The position numbers and the translations under genes were made by a program. Positions 34,704-43,909 of a stretch of DNA of 64,000 nt are shown in pieces. The DNA is from an uncultured Pseudomonadota bacterium (lineage in GTDB: Bacteria; Oederibacteriota; Muellerivitia; Muellerivitales; Muellerivitaceae): the NCBI GenBank assembly GCA_963843375.1, contig CAWJKT010000003.1, positions 126,054 to 190,053 on the forward strand, given 5' to 3'. The notes below the pieces were generated by a model. It was not told where the DNA came from and searched no databases. It saw only the letters and a program-made list of their open reading frames with translations. Numbering within the stretch: the stretch's first letter is position 1; each line of letters starts with the position of its first letter.

Positions 34704-36362
34704 ATGGTGAGCCCGAATATCTTCAGCGTAATTCGGGAACTGGTTTCGGAAATCAAGGCCGCGGTCAATCCCTACGGTTTTGAGGAAATTCCAGTCCTCC
34801 TGGAAAGTCCCAAGGACAAATCCCACGGCGATTTTTCCACCCCGGTCGCGATGTTATTAGCCAAAAAAATAAAAAGATCTCCTCTGATCCTGGCTGAGGA
34901 AATCGTTCAAGCCCTCAAAACAAAAGAGAGTCTTGTCCTTGAAAAAAAGGCCGCCGCCCCTGGCTTTATCAATTTTAGGCTGAATCCCAGGATTTTTTAT
35001 TCGCTTTTAGAATCCTGTATCGCTGAAGGCGTGCGATACGGACAAAATGCGGAATTGAAGGACCGAAAGATTCTGCTGGAATTCGTGAGCGCCAACCCCA
35101 CGGGGCCCCTTAACGTGGTCAATGCCAGGGCGGCCGTTTTCGGCGATTCCATCGCCCACTTGATTAAAATTTCGGGTGGCATCGTTGATACGGAATATTA
35201 CATCAACGATGCCGGCAACCAAGCACGTTTATTCGGCGAATCCCTCGAAGCGGCCATTGGTCGCGTTGAAGGCAGGCCGCAGGATGCCCCCGAGGGGGGA
35301 TATCAAGGGGCTTATATGGAAGACCTTGCCAAAGAATACCTGACGGCCGAGGGCAAGAACACCCCTTTTAATATCTCCAGCGACCAATTGGGCGTGTGGG
35401 GGATGGACCGGGTTGTCCAATGGCACAAGGAATCCCTGGAACGCTATGGAGTCGCTTTCGATCAATGGTTTTCGGAACGACGGCTTTTGCACGACTCCGG
35501 GCTGGTCCGGGCGACCCTGGAAAAACTGAAGGGGATGGGATTGACCTACGAAAAGGACGGAGCCACCTGGATCAAAACTTCCGAGCATGGGGCTCCCAAG
35601 GATGAGGTCCTCATCAAGAGCAACGGAATACCAGCCTATATAACCGCCGATATTGCATACCACCTGCATAAGCTTAAACGTGGGTATACCCAAATTATCA
35701 ATATCATGGGGCCGGATCATCATGGTCATATCCTCAGCATGAAAGCGGCGCACCAGGCACTTGGATTTCAAAAAGACCAATTTGAGGTCCTGGTCGCCCA
35801 ACATGTGAGCCTGCTATCCGGGGGGGAAAAGGTCAAGATGTCAAAACGGGAAGGCAAATTCGTGACGATGGAGGAACTTCTGGGCCAAGTGGGGCGGGAC
35901 GCGGCCCGATTTTTCTTTGTCATGCGGGGGGCCAATAGCCACTTGGATTTTGACCTGGAAGTCGCCAAAAAACACACGGAAGAAAATCCGGTATTTTACA
36001 TCCAATATGCCCATGCCCGTATTTGCAGTCTTTTAAAAAAGTGTGCGGAAGCCGGATTGGGGCCTACCGATTCCCCAGAAGACTTGAGGACTTTAACCGA
36101 ACCGGAGGCTTTTTTACTCTTGAAAGAGGTCATGGAATACCCACAATGGGTGGTTGAGAGTGGAAAGGTATTTGAACCGCATCGAATCGTCGTTTTTTTG
36201 CAGACATTAGCGGCTGATTTTCATCTTTTTTATACAAAACACCGGATTCTGGACGCTCCTAAAGAAACGGCCCGGGCCCGTCTCACATTGGCCTTAGGGG
36301 TTAAAACGGTTCTTCGAAATGCCCTTTCATTGCTTGGGGTTTCGGCACCGGAACAAATGTAA
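34704..36362 (+). CDS. argS: Arginine--tRNA ligase
   Basis: HGDFS, PGFINF, EFVSANPTGPL, GPDHHGH, KMSKR and YIQYAHAR. Confidence 0.97.
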   Translation: MVSPNIFSVIRELVSEIKAAVNPYGFEEIPVLLESPKDKSHGDFSTPVAMLLAKKIKRSPLILAEEIVQALKTKESLVLEKKAAAPGFINFRLNPRIFYSLLESCIAEGVRYGQNAELKDRKILLEFVSANPTGPLNVVNARAAVFGDSIAHLIKISGGIVDTEYYINDAGNQARLFGESLEAAIGRVEGRPQDAPEGGYQGAYMEDLAKEYLTAEGKNTPFNISSDQLGVWGMDRVVQWHKESLERYGVAFDQWFSERRLLHDSGLVRATLEKLKGMGLTYEKDGATWIKTSEHGAPKDEVLIKSNGIPAYITADIAYHLHKLKRGYTQIINIMGPDHHGHILSMKAAHQALGFQKDQFEVLVAQHVSLLSGGEKVKMSKREGKFVTMEELLGQVGRDAARFFFVMRGANSHLDFDLEVAKKHTEENPVFYIQYAHARICSLLKKCAEAGLGPTDSPEDLRTLTEPEAFLLLKEVMEYPQWVVESGKVFEPHRIVVFLQTLAADFHLFYTKHRILDAPKETARARLTLALGVKTVLRNALSLLGVSAPEQM

Positions 36363-36373
36363 TCGAGGCCTAT

Positions 36374-37087
36374 TTGAAATTTCTATTATTTCTTTTTCTT
36401 GCGGTCTCATTTGAGCTACTGGGTTGCTCCCGGCCCAAACCTGTCGCGCCGGTGGACGACACGCCGATCAAGAAACTCCGGGTGGAAATAGTCCAGGGGG
36501 ATTATGACACCGCCGTTAAGGATTCCAAGGATATCACCAGTCAGGTTCCGCCGGAGCCGTTTAACGAAGAAGCCCTATACCTTCATGGCTACGTCCTGGC
36601 TTTCGGAAAGTCGGACTTTCAAGACGCGCGTTCATCACTTAAACAACTTTTGGATTTATACCCCTCCGGGCGTTTCGCCGTAGAAGCCCAGCGTCTTTTG
36701 GCGGATTGCCAATATTGGCAAGGGCATTACCAAAGCGCTACAAAAGAATACCGGAAATTAATCGCGGATTATGGTGGGAAGGGTTACGACAGTTACGCCC
36801 TTGTCCAGATTGGAAATTGCCTTCTTTTGGATGATAAAGTGGGGGATGCCTTGGCGGACTACGAGGATGTGGTAACCAAGTTCCCCACAGACCCCATGGC
36901 GGATTCAGCCCAGTTAATGGTGGCAGATTCTTATCTGAAGCTTCAAAACTTTAAGCAGGCTAAAAAAGAACTTCAAAAGCTTGTCGCGATCGCCCATGAT
37001 AAAGACATTCAAATGGAGGCCCAAAAGGCGATCCGACAATTGGAAGACGATGATTCCTTTAAACCCGGGGTAAGCGACACGGAATGA
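36374..37087 (+). CDS. TPR lipoprotein (BamD/CpoB-like repeats)
   Basis: Lipobox LLGC; repeated L...YP.....A TPR units. Confidence 0.78.
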   Translation: MKFLLFLFLAVSFELLGCSRPKPVAPVDDTPIKKLRVEIVQGDYDTAVKDSKDITSQVPPEPFNEEALYLHGYVLAFGKSDFQDARSSLKQLLDLYPSGRFAVEAQRLLADCQYWQGHYQSATKEYRKLIADYGGKGYDSYALVQIGNCLLLDDKVGDALADYEDVVTKFPTDPMADSAQLMVADSYLKLQNFKQAKKELQKLVAIAHDKDIQMEAQKAIRQLEDDDSFKPGVSDTE

Positions 37088-37362
37088 CCCATTGCCTTTT
37101 CTGGTCGTTTTCGGGCCCACAAGCTGAAGGCCGGGGAACGGTTTCATTTTCGAAACGCGTAAAATAAATTTTTCGTTCTTTCCGGTTTCCGAAAGGCTGC
37201 TTATTCATTGATCATCCGGGGTGTAATCTTCTCAAAGGGCCCGGGGGAGGGGAGATAACAAATTTAGCCCCTTTCACCCGCCCAAGTGTAAAATGCCAAC
37301 GTTCATTGAGGCTGAAGGCGGTAGGCAAGGTCTGGGTAAGTTTAAATTTTCGGAGCGTGACA

Positions 37363-38733
37363 ATGAAAACCTCACGTGTTAATCATAAAGGTTTGCTGGC
37401 CCGCCTACGTGACCCCTCGATTAAAAAGGTGAAGGTCGCTGTCACTGACATTGACGGTATCCTCCGGGGCAAGTACCTCCACAAAGACAAGTTCCTTGCG
37501 GCAGCCGAGAAGGGCTTTGGTTTTTGCAACGTGGTTTTCGGCTGGGATTCCTCCGACGTTTGCTACGACAATTCCCAATATACCGGCTGGCACACGGGCT
37601 ACCCGGATGCCCATGCGAAAATCGATCTGGCCACTTATCGACAAGTACCTTGGGACGACAAGGTTCCCTTCTTTTTGGGGGATTTCGAGGATCGGGTCGG
37701 GAAGCCCCTGGAGGTCTGCCCGCGACAATTGTTGAAAAAAATCATTTCCCGCTGTGTTCAGGCGGGATATCAGCCCATCGCCGGGATGGAATACGAATGG
37801 TTCAACTTCAAGGAAACGCCCCAGTCCCTCGCGGAAAAAAATTTCAGCCAACTCCAACCCTTAAGTCCCGGAATGTTCGGCTATTCCATCCTACGTGCCA
37901 CCTTAAACCAGCCCTTCTTCAAGGCCCTGATGGAGGAAATTCCTGCCTTTGGCGTTCCAATCGAGGGACTGCACACGGAAACGGGACCAGGCGTTCTTGA
38001 AGCCGCCATTCTTTATTCGGGAGCCCTTGAGGCGGGGGATCGGGGCGTGCTTTTTAAGACCGCAGCAAAAGAGATCGGCTATCGTTTCGGCATTTTGCCT
38101 ACCTTTATTGCCAAATGGAATTCAACCCTTCCGGGATGTGGGGGCCACGCGCACCAAAGCCTTTGGAATTCAAAAGGAGACAAAAACCTTTTTGACAGCG
38201 AGCAAGATCCTCATCGCATGAATGCCCTTTTCAAAAGCTACTTGGCGGGTCAAATTCGCTGTTTACCCGAAATTCTGCCTTTCTTCGCCCCTAATGTGAA
38301 CAGCTATAAACGCCTAGTAGACGGCTATTGGGCACCGACCAAGCCTCTTTGGGGGGTGGACAACCGCACCGTGGCTTTTCGGGTGATCCCTGGCGGCCCC
38401 AAGTCCACCCGCCTGGAAACCCGGGTGGGAGGCTCCGACACCAACGCTTACCTGGTTCTGGCAGCCTGTTTTGCCAGTGGGCTTTACGGTATTCAAAAAA
38501 ACCTATCATTAAAGGAAACAGCCGTAGAAGGTAGCGGCTACAAATCCGATACCCCGAGATTTCCCCGAAATCTTCAGGAGGCGACAGAAAAACTCGCGCA
38601 ATCTAAAATCGCCCGTGAAATCTTCGGCGAGGCTTTTGTTGACCATTTCGTCCGCACCCGCCAATGGGAATGGCGCCAGTTCCAGGATTCGGTTACGGAT
38701 TGGGAGCTAAAACGCTATTTCGAGATCGTGTGA
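37363..38733 (+). CDS. Glutamine synthetase-like gamma-glutamyl-amine ligase (GlnA4/PuuA-like)
   Basis: DIDGILRGK, EYEW, HTETGPG, H.HQSL, NSYKRL, NRT, RLETR; clustered with a C26 hydrolase and dehydrogenases; GGAG RBS before ATG 37363. Confidence 0.9.
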   Translation: MKTSRVNHKGLLARLRDPSIKKVKVAVTDIDGILRGKYLHKDKFLAAAEKGFGFCNVVFGWDSSDVCYDNSQYTGWHTGYPDAHAKIDLATYRQVPWDDKVPFFLGDFEDRVGKPLEVCPRQLLKKIISRCVQAGYQPIAGMEYEWFNFKETPQSLAEKNFSQLQPLSPGMFGYSILRATLNQPFFKALMEEIPAFGVPIEGLHTETGPGVLEAAILYSGALEAGDRGVLFKTAAKEIGYRFGILPTFIAKWNSTLPGCGGHAHQSLWNSKGDKNLFDSEQDPHRMNALFKSYLAGQIRCLPEILPFFAPNVNSYKRLVDGYWAPTKPLWGVDNRTVAFRVIPGGPKSTRLETRVGGSDTNAYLVLAACFASGLYGIQKNLSLKETAVEGSGYKSDTPRFPRNLQEATEKLAQSKIAREIFGEAFVDHFVRTRQWEWRQFQDSVTDWELKRYFEIV

Positions 38734-39878
38734 TGCCCACCGCCCGCTTCAGCTTTCCCACCCTTATTCATTTCGGTCCCGGCGTAAGGGCCAAGGTTGC
38801 CGGTTATCTTAAGGACCGGGGCCTCAAACGGCCCCTGCTCGTAAGCGACAAGGGCCTGGCCGCCCTGCCTGTGTTTTCACAACAGTTACAGGCCTTGAGC
38901 GCGGATGGGTTGGAGCCTGGAACTTTTTCAGGAATCTGGGGCAATCCGATGAAAACTCAGGTCACGGCGGGGGTGGAAGCCTATAGGGCGCATCGGGCAG
39001 ATTGCTTGGTAGGTCTTGGCGGTGGGGCGGCACTGGATGTTTGCAAGGCCATTGCCTTGATGGTGAACCATCCTGGGGACCTTTTTGACTATGAAGACGA
39101 AAAACCAGGGGCGCTGCCTTTTAAGTATGAAATACCCTTTTGGGTGGCCCTGCCCACGACTTCAGGAACAGGCAGCGAAGTAGGCCGAAGTGCGGTAATT
39201 TCGGACGACCAGACCCACCTTAAAAAAATCATTTTCGACCCCAAGCTTTTGGCGAGGGTGGTTTTCGCCGATCCCGAACTGACCCTGGGGCTTCCCGCGC
39301 CTGTCACCGCGGCCACCGGAATGGACGCCCTGACCCATTGCGTCGAGGCCTACCTGGCCAAGGACTACCATCCCATCTGTGACGGAGTTGCCCTGGAGGG
39401 TCTGCGCTTGGCTTCGAAAAGTTTAGCCCAAAGCGTGGAAAAGCCATCTGACATTGAAGCTCGGGGGTCCATGATGATGGCCTCCATGATGGGGGCTATT
39501 GCTTTCCAAAAGGGCCTGGGTGTGGTACATTCCTGCGCCCACGCCCTTTCTACCTTCAAGGATCTACACCATGGCCTAGCCAACGGCATCATGATCTCCC
39601 ACGCCCTTCCTTTTAACTTGAGCGCAGTTCCTGAGCGGTTCCGTTCCCTGGCCCAAGCCGTCGGCCTAAAGGATGAGAGTCCAGAAGCCTTTCTGGTTTG
39701 GTTGATAGCCCTCAAAAAGAAAATCGGGATCCCAGCCGGTCTTTCAGAAAAAGGAATACAAGCCGGTGACGCGAAGAGGCTTTCGGAACTTGCCTTTCAG
39801 GACAGCTGTCATCTGAATAATCCGCGTCCCTGCACCCAAGCCGACTTTGCGACAATCTTTTCTGAGGCAATAAAATGA
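38733..39878 (+). CDS. Iron-containing alcohol dehydrogenase
   Basis: GGGAALD, PTTSGTGSE, DALTH..E, H..AH and HHG; TGATG overlap with the upstream gene. Confidence 0.92.
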   Translation: MPTARFSFPTLIHFGPGVRAKVAGYLKDRGLKRPLLVSDKGLAALPVFSQQLQALSADGLEPGTFSGIWGNPMKTQVTAGVEAYRAHRADCLVGLGGGAALDVCKAIALMVNHPGDLFDYEDEKPGALPFKYEIPFWVALPTTSGTGSEVGRSAVISDDQTHLKKIIFDPKLLARVVFADPELTLGLPAPVTAATGMDALTHCVEAYLAKDYHPICDGVALEGLRLASKSLAQSVEKPSDIEARGSMMMASMMGAIAFQKGLGVVHSCAHALSTFKDLHHGLANGIMISHALPFNLSAVPERFRSLAQAVGLKDESPEAFLVWLIALKKKIGIPAGLSEKGIQAGDAKRLSELAFQDSCHLNNPRPCTQADFATIFSEAIK

Positions 39879-40612
39879 TGTTGAAAATCGGTCTTTCGGC
39901 ATGTTTTTTTCACTCTGATCCCAAGAGGCCGATCTTCAAAGGCAAAACCCTTCTTTACCTGGAGCAGTCCCTCGTGCGCTGGGTCATGGCTGAAGGGGCC
40001 CTGGTTTATATGATTCCCTCGCCGGCCCCGGATTCCCCGGTGACAATGGCTGATCTAGTAAGTCCGCTGGATGGACTTGTACTTCAAGGCGGTTCGGATG
40101 TATCACCCAAAAGCTATGGGGAGCAGGCTTTGACGCCCGAGTGGGAGGGGGATTATATACGCGATCAATATGAGATCGCCCTCATTAGCGAGTTTCGAGC
40201 TCAAGACAAACCCGTCTTAGGCATCTGTCGGGGGGCTCAGCTTATTAACGTGGCTTTTGGCGGTACCCTCTACCAGGACATCAAGACCCAGGTTCCCGGC
40301 GCTCTGGAGCATCGTAATTGGGATATTTATGATCAGAATTTTCACGGGTTGAAAATGGAAAGCGGTAAGGTGACCCGAGTCAACAGTGTGCATCACCAGG
40401 CGATTAAAGACCTGGGAAAGGGTTTGCGAGCCGAAGCCTGGTCCCAACCCGACGGCTTGGTAGAGGCCATCCGCGTCGAAAAAGGTCCCTACTGTTTCGC
40501 GGTCCAGTGGCATCCCGAGTTCCAGGATTCAAAGGATGCATCTCTTTTGGACGGAAGGATTTTTTTGCGTGAATTTTTGAAGATGGCTGAGGCGAACCAA
40601 ACTCATGCTTAA
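39875..40612 (+). CDS. Gamma-glutamyl-gamma-aminobutyrate hydrolase family (peptidase C26, PuuD-like)
   Basis: GG.DV.P..YG, LGICRGAQ, VNSVHHQ and VQWHPE. Confidence 0.92.
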   Translation: MMLKIGLSACFFHSDPKRPIFKGKTLLYLEQSLVRWVMAEGALVYMIPSPAPDSPVTMADLVSPLDGLVLQGGSDVSPKSYGEQALTPEWEGDYIRDQYEIALISEFRAQDKPVLGICRGAQLINVAFGGTLYQDIKTQVPGALEHRNWDIYDQNFHGLKMESGKVTRVNSVHHQAIKDLGKGLRAEAWSQPDGLVEAIRVEKGPYCFAVQWHPEFQDSKDASLLDGRIFLREFLKMAEANQTHA

Positions 40613-41975
40613 GATAATTAATCCCGCCAACGGAAAGTTACTAAAAGAGGTTCCCTCAGACGGTCCCTCCGAAATCGCTCAAAAGGCCAAGGATGCCCGA
40701 AAGACTCAAGGGATTTGGATGGCCAGGCCTCTTCAGGAGCGCCTTTCTATTCTTCGGAAATTCCGTGAATTAATCGTTGCAAAGAACGAAACCCTGGCCA
40801 TCACTCTTACGGATGAAGTGGGGAAACCCATCGCCCAATCCCGAAACGAATTGAAGGGTCTGCTGGAAAGGCTAGATTTTTTCCTCGAAAACACGGCTGT
40901 GGAACTTGCCGAGGAAAGGGTCTTTTCAAATGGTGAAATGACCGAAAAAATCCAGCACGAGCCATTGGGGGTGGTGGCCAACATCTCGGCCTGGAATTAT
41001 CCTTATTTTGTGGGGTCGAACATTTTCGTGCCCGCGCTTCTTGCGGGCAACGCGGTTCTTTATAAACCTTCGGAATTCGCAACCCTGACCGGTATGAACA
41101 TCGGGAGCCTGCTTTATGAAGCAGGTGTTCCAAAGGAAATCTTTGCTTTAATCGTCGGGGGCGGAAGCACGGGCGCTAACTTGCTTGAACAGGACATTGA
41201 CGGCGTCTTTTTCACGGGTTCCTACTCAACGGGCCTCAAGGTGGCCGAGGTCGCCTCGCGCCGCCTGATCAAGCTTCAATTGGAACTGGGAGGCAAGGAT
41301 CCAGCCTATGTCTGCGAGGATGTGAACGTCCACAACGCGGCCTTAAGCCTGGCCGACGGCGCTTTTTATAATACCGGGCAAAGTTGTTGCTCTGTCGAGC
41401 GCATTTACGTGCATTCCAAAATCTTCGAACGATTCCTGGAAATCTTTGTAAACGAGGTCAAAGGGTATCCCCTTGGCGACCCGCGGGATCAAAAAACCTA
41501 CATCGGAGCCATCACCCGTGAGGCTCAGTTGGATGTCCTGCAACGCCAGGTGGACGACGCTCTGACCAAGGGAGCCAAGCTTCATTGTGGGGGAAAACGC
41601 CTGCCGGGACCCGGAAATTTTTTCGAGGCGACTGTTCTTTCCAACGTCCACCATGGCATGGAGCTGATGCGCGAGGAGAGCTTCGGGCCCGTGATCGGCC
41701 TTCAAAAGGTATCGAGTGACGGGGAAGCGATAATGCTGATGAACGACACGGATTACGGGCTGACTGCGGGGGTTTACACAGGGGATCAGGTACGGGCCGA
41801 ACGCTTGTTGGCTCAAGTGGACGCCGGCTCGGCCTATTGGAATTGTTGTGACCGAGTCAGTCCACGGCTTCCTTGGTCTGGAAGAAAACATTCGGGTCTG
41901 GGCAGCGTGCTTTCCCACTATGGCATCAAAAGCTTCACACGGCCCAAAGCCCTGCACCTGCGGCAACCCAGTTAA
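40605..41975 (+). CDS. Aldehyde dehydrogenase
   Basis: AWNYP, FTGS, LELGGKD, GQSCC and EESFGP. Confidence 0.94.
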   Translation: MLKIINPANGKLLKEVPSDGPSEIAQKAKDARKTQGIWMARPLQERLSILRKFRELIVAKNETLAITLTDEVGKPIAQSRNELKGLLERLDFFLENTAVELAEERVFSNGEMTEKIQHEPLGVVANISAWNYPYFVGSNIFVPALLAGNAVLYKPSEFATLTGMNIGSLLYEAGVPKEIFALIVGGGSTGANLLEQDIDGVFFTGSYSTGLKVAEVASRRLIKLQLELGGKDPAYVCEDVNVHNAALSLADGAFYNTGQSCCSVERIYVHSKIFERFLEIFVNEVKGYPLGDPRDQKTYIGAITREAQLDVLQRQVDDALTKGAKLHCGGKRLPGPGNFFEATVLSNVHHGMELMREESFGPVIGLQKVSSDGEAIMLMNDTDYGLTAGVYTGDQVRAERLLAQVDAGSAYWNCCDRVSPRLPWSGRKHSGLGSVLSHYGIKSFTRPKALHLRQPS

Positions 41976-41987
41976 AAGGAGGTAGGA

Positions 41988-42590
41988 TTGAAAAGAAAAG
42001 TAAACCAGATAAAGTCGAAAATCAATGTCATGGGTGGCGGAAACGGTATTTTAGGCTGTGAGAGAAAGGCATTTGAACTTGATCTTAAGGCGATCTGTTC
42101 GATTGACCACGAATGCACTGGCTGTTCCACGATTGAGAATTGTTGCTGCGCGAAATATGACGTCTGCGTTTCGGAGGCGGAAGTCGAGAGAATCATTCCC
42201 TTTCTTCCCGAAGCGGCCAAGTTCTGCCCCCACCTCAAAACGGAAGCGGGATACGACAATGTATTTGAAGAGGCGGATGAAAGCAGTTATTCAATTGAAA
42301 CGCATGAAAATGATCTCTGTGTATTCGCGTATGAGTCCAATGGATTGTTCCGCTGTTCATTGCACACGGTCGAGTTGAGCCAAGGTCTTCCTCCGGGCAG
42401 CGTCAAACCCGCAGTCTGTATGCTTTACCCTCTGACCTTTTCCGAGAGGGGCGATGTTTTGACGCTTCATGACGATGCGCTTTTTTGTGCCTGTAGTTCA
42501 TTGAGAAAGAAGTCTTCGAACGAAATTTCTCCCGCCCTATTGGAGACCATTAGGCATTTTGGCGGGTCGGCTTCAACTCAAGCAGGCTGA
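41988..42590 (+). CDS. Cys-rich DUF3109/YkgJ-like putative metal-cluster protein
   Basis: C..C....CCC, CVF, CSLH and KP.VC.LYP. Confidence 0.65.
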   Translation: MKRKVNQIKSKINVMGGGNGILGCERKAFELDLKAICSIDHECTGCSTIENCCCAKYDVCVSEAEVERIIPFLPEAAKFCPHLKTEAGYDNVFEEADESSYSIETHENDLCVFAYESNGLFRCSLHTVELSQGLPPGSVKPAVCMLYPLTFSERGDVLTLHDDALFCACSSLRKKSSNEISPALLETIRHFGGSASTQAG

Positions 42591-42659
42591 TGGTCTATCC
42601 AATCGACTTTCGGGTTTTAAAATTTAGAGTTGTCCAACCCGAGAGGCCTTTGAAATATC

Positions 42660-43844
42660 TCAATAAAAAACATAGGCGTCCCCTAGCAGGCTGTAATTGG
42701 GTTCATTCGCCACAAAGGTTGGGTCCGTGCGCTGAAAGTCAATTTGTGTCTTTAAATTTCGCATAGGGTAACACCTGATACTCGCGACTTGACGGGTTTC
42801 GTCATAAGTACTTTCATTCAACGAATCATTAAACTTCTCGTCGACCAATCGAATGTAAATATCATCCCCCAAGTCCACTTCCGCGCTCACGTGATAAGCC
42901 ATGAGTTTGTCTACCTCAATTCCATTCGGGACGAAACCCGGGAGATATTGGGTGGGTTCGGAGTAACCTTGATCATATTCGGCCAATATTACAACGGGGC
43001 CAATCCGTCCCCAGCCAAAGGCGTTGTAGAGCAATGTTTGGGCGCTGGAAGCCACGGTTGTTTGCGTTCCTCCCGGTTCATCTAGATTGGCGGCGCAAAG
43101 GGAACCGCCCAAAGTAAAGGGGGAAAAACTGACGCCCCCTTTCGCGGAAAAAATCTTTTCATTCATGACCACGCTTCCCAATGCGGTGGTCACGGGTCCC
43201 GCGTCACCATTGGTGAGGGCTGCGTTGAGAAAAAATGGATCCGGATAAATTCCGACTTCCACCGCCCCGATTTGGGGGCTATCGAACGAAAATCCGAGTG
43301 GGGAACGAATAAGGCTGGCGTCGTCCGAAAGGGTTAAGCCATAGGGTAATAAAAAATTTCCAAATTTGATGTAACCGTCCCCCGGCAAATTGGAGATTAA
43401 TCCATAGGCTTCTTTGGTGGTGTTTTCATCCAACCGGTAGGTGAAAACCCCTGAAACTACTTCATTTGCCTTCACTTGGAATGAAAAATCCTGACGGCTC
43501 AGGGGTTGGGTAAAGGCGGTAAAGGAACTGTTGTTGGGATTTACGGAAGTATTGTAGTTTTGGGTCGTGTTGTAGCCCTCATGAATGTCGATTCCGATGG
43601 CGATCCAGGAAGGAGTCGCGTGTTGGACTTTCTGGGCCGCCTCGGAAATGCCCTGCCAATCGAAGGTCTGGAGGCCGTTTCCGTAGTTTTTTCCAAAATC
43701 GTTTCGCAGCCACCCGCCGGTCTGATTGACGTGGCAGGCGTTGCAGTTGACCCCTTTCCAGGCCGCCAGGTAGGGTTCGGACCAAGCACAGGTTGTTCCC
43801 AGGGATATAACCAACAAAGTGCCCAAAATCATAAGTTTTTTCAT
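42660..43844 (-). CDS. Outer-membrane beta-barrel with an N-terminal CxxCH heme-c motif (cytochrome-porin fusion, Cyc2-like architecture)
   Basis: Signal peptide then EPYLAAWKGVNCNACHVNQTGG..RNDFG; alternating beta strands; aromatic C-terminus (AYVFY). Confidence 0.7.
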   Translation of the reverse strand: MKKLMILGTLLVISLGTTCAWSEPYLAAWKGVNCNACHVNQTGGWLRNDFGKNYGNGLQTFDWQGISEAAQKVQHATPSWIAIGIDIHEGYNTTQNYNTSVNPNNSSFTAFTQPLSRQDFSFQVKANEVVSGVFTYRLDENTTKEAYGLISNLPGDGYIKFGNFLLPYGLTLSDDASLIRSPLGFSFDSPQIGAVEVGIYPDPFFLNAALTNGDAGPVTTALGSVVMNEKIFSAKGGVSFSPFTLGGSLCAANLDEPGGTQTTVASSAQTLLYNAFGWGRIGPVVILAEYDQGYSEPTQYLPGFVPNGIEVDKLMAYHVSAEVDLGDDIYIRLVDEKFNDSLNESTYDETRQVASIRCYPMRNLKTQIDFQRTDPTFVANEPNYSLLGDAYVFY

Positions 43845-43909
43845 GTTTTCTCCTGGAAAAATGTTCTTTGAACCCGTAAAGAATCGGCTCAGATACTCCT
43901 CATCAAGGA

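Noticed and set aside
37299..37358. Glutamine (glnA-type) riboswitch ahead of the GS-like operon
   Set aside because: Only a 6-bp ACGTTC/GAGCGT pairing over the RBS; the conserved E-loop and junction features are not evident.
37363..38733. Calling this gene glnA
   Set aside because: Operon context indicates a gamma-glutamyl-amine ligase; a typical type I glnA is at 50334.
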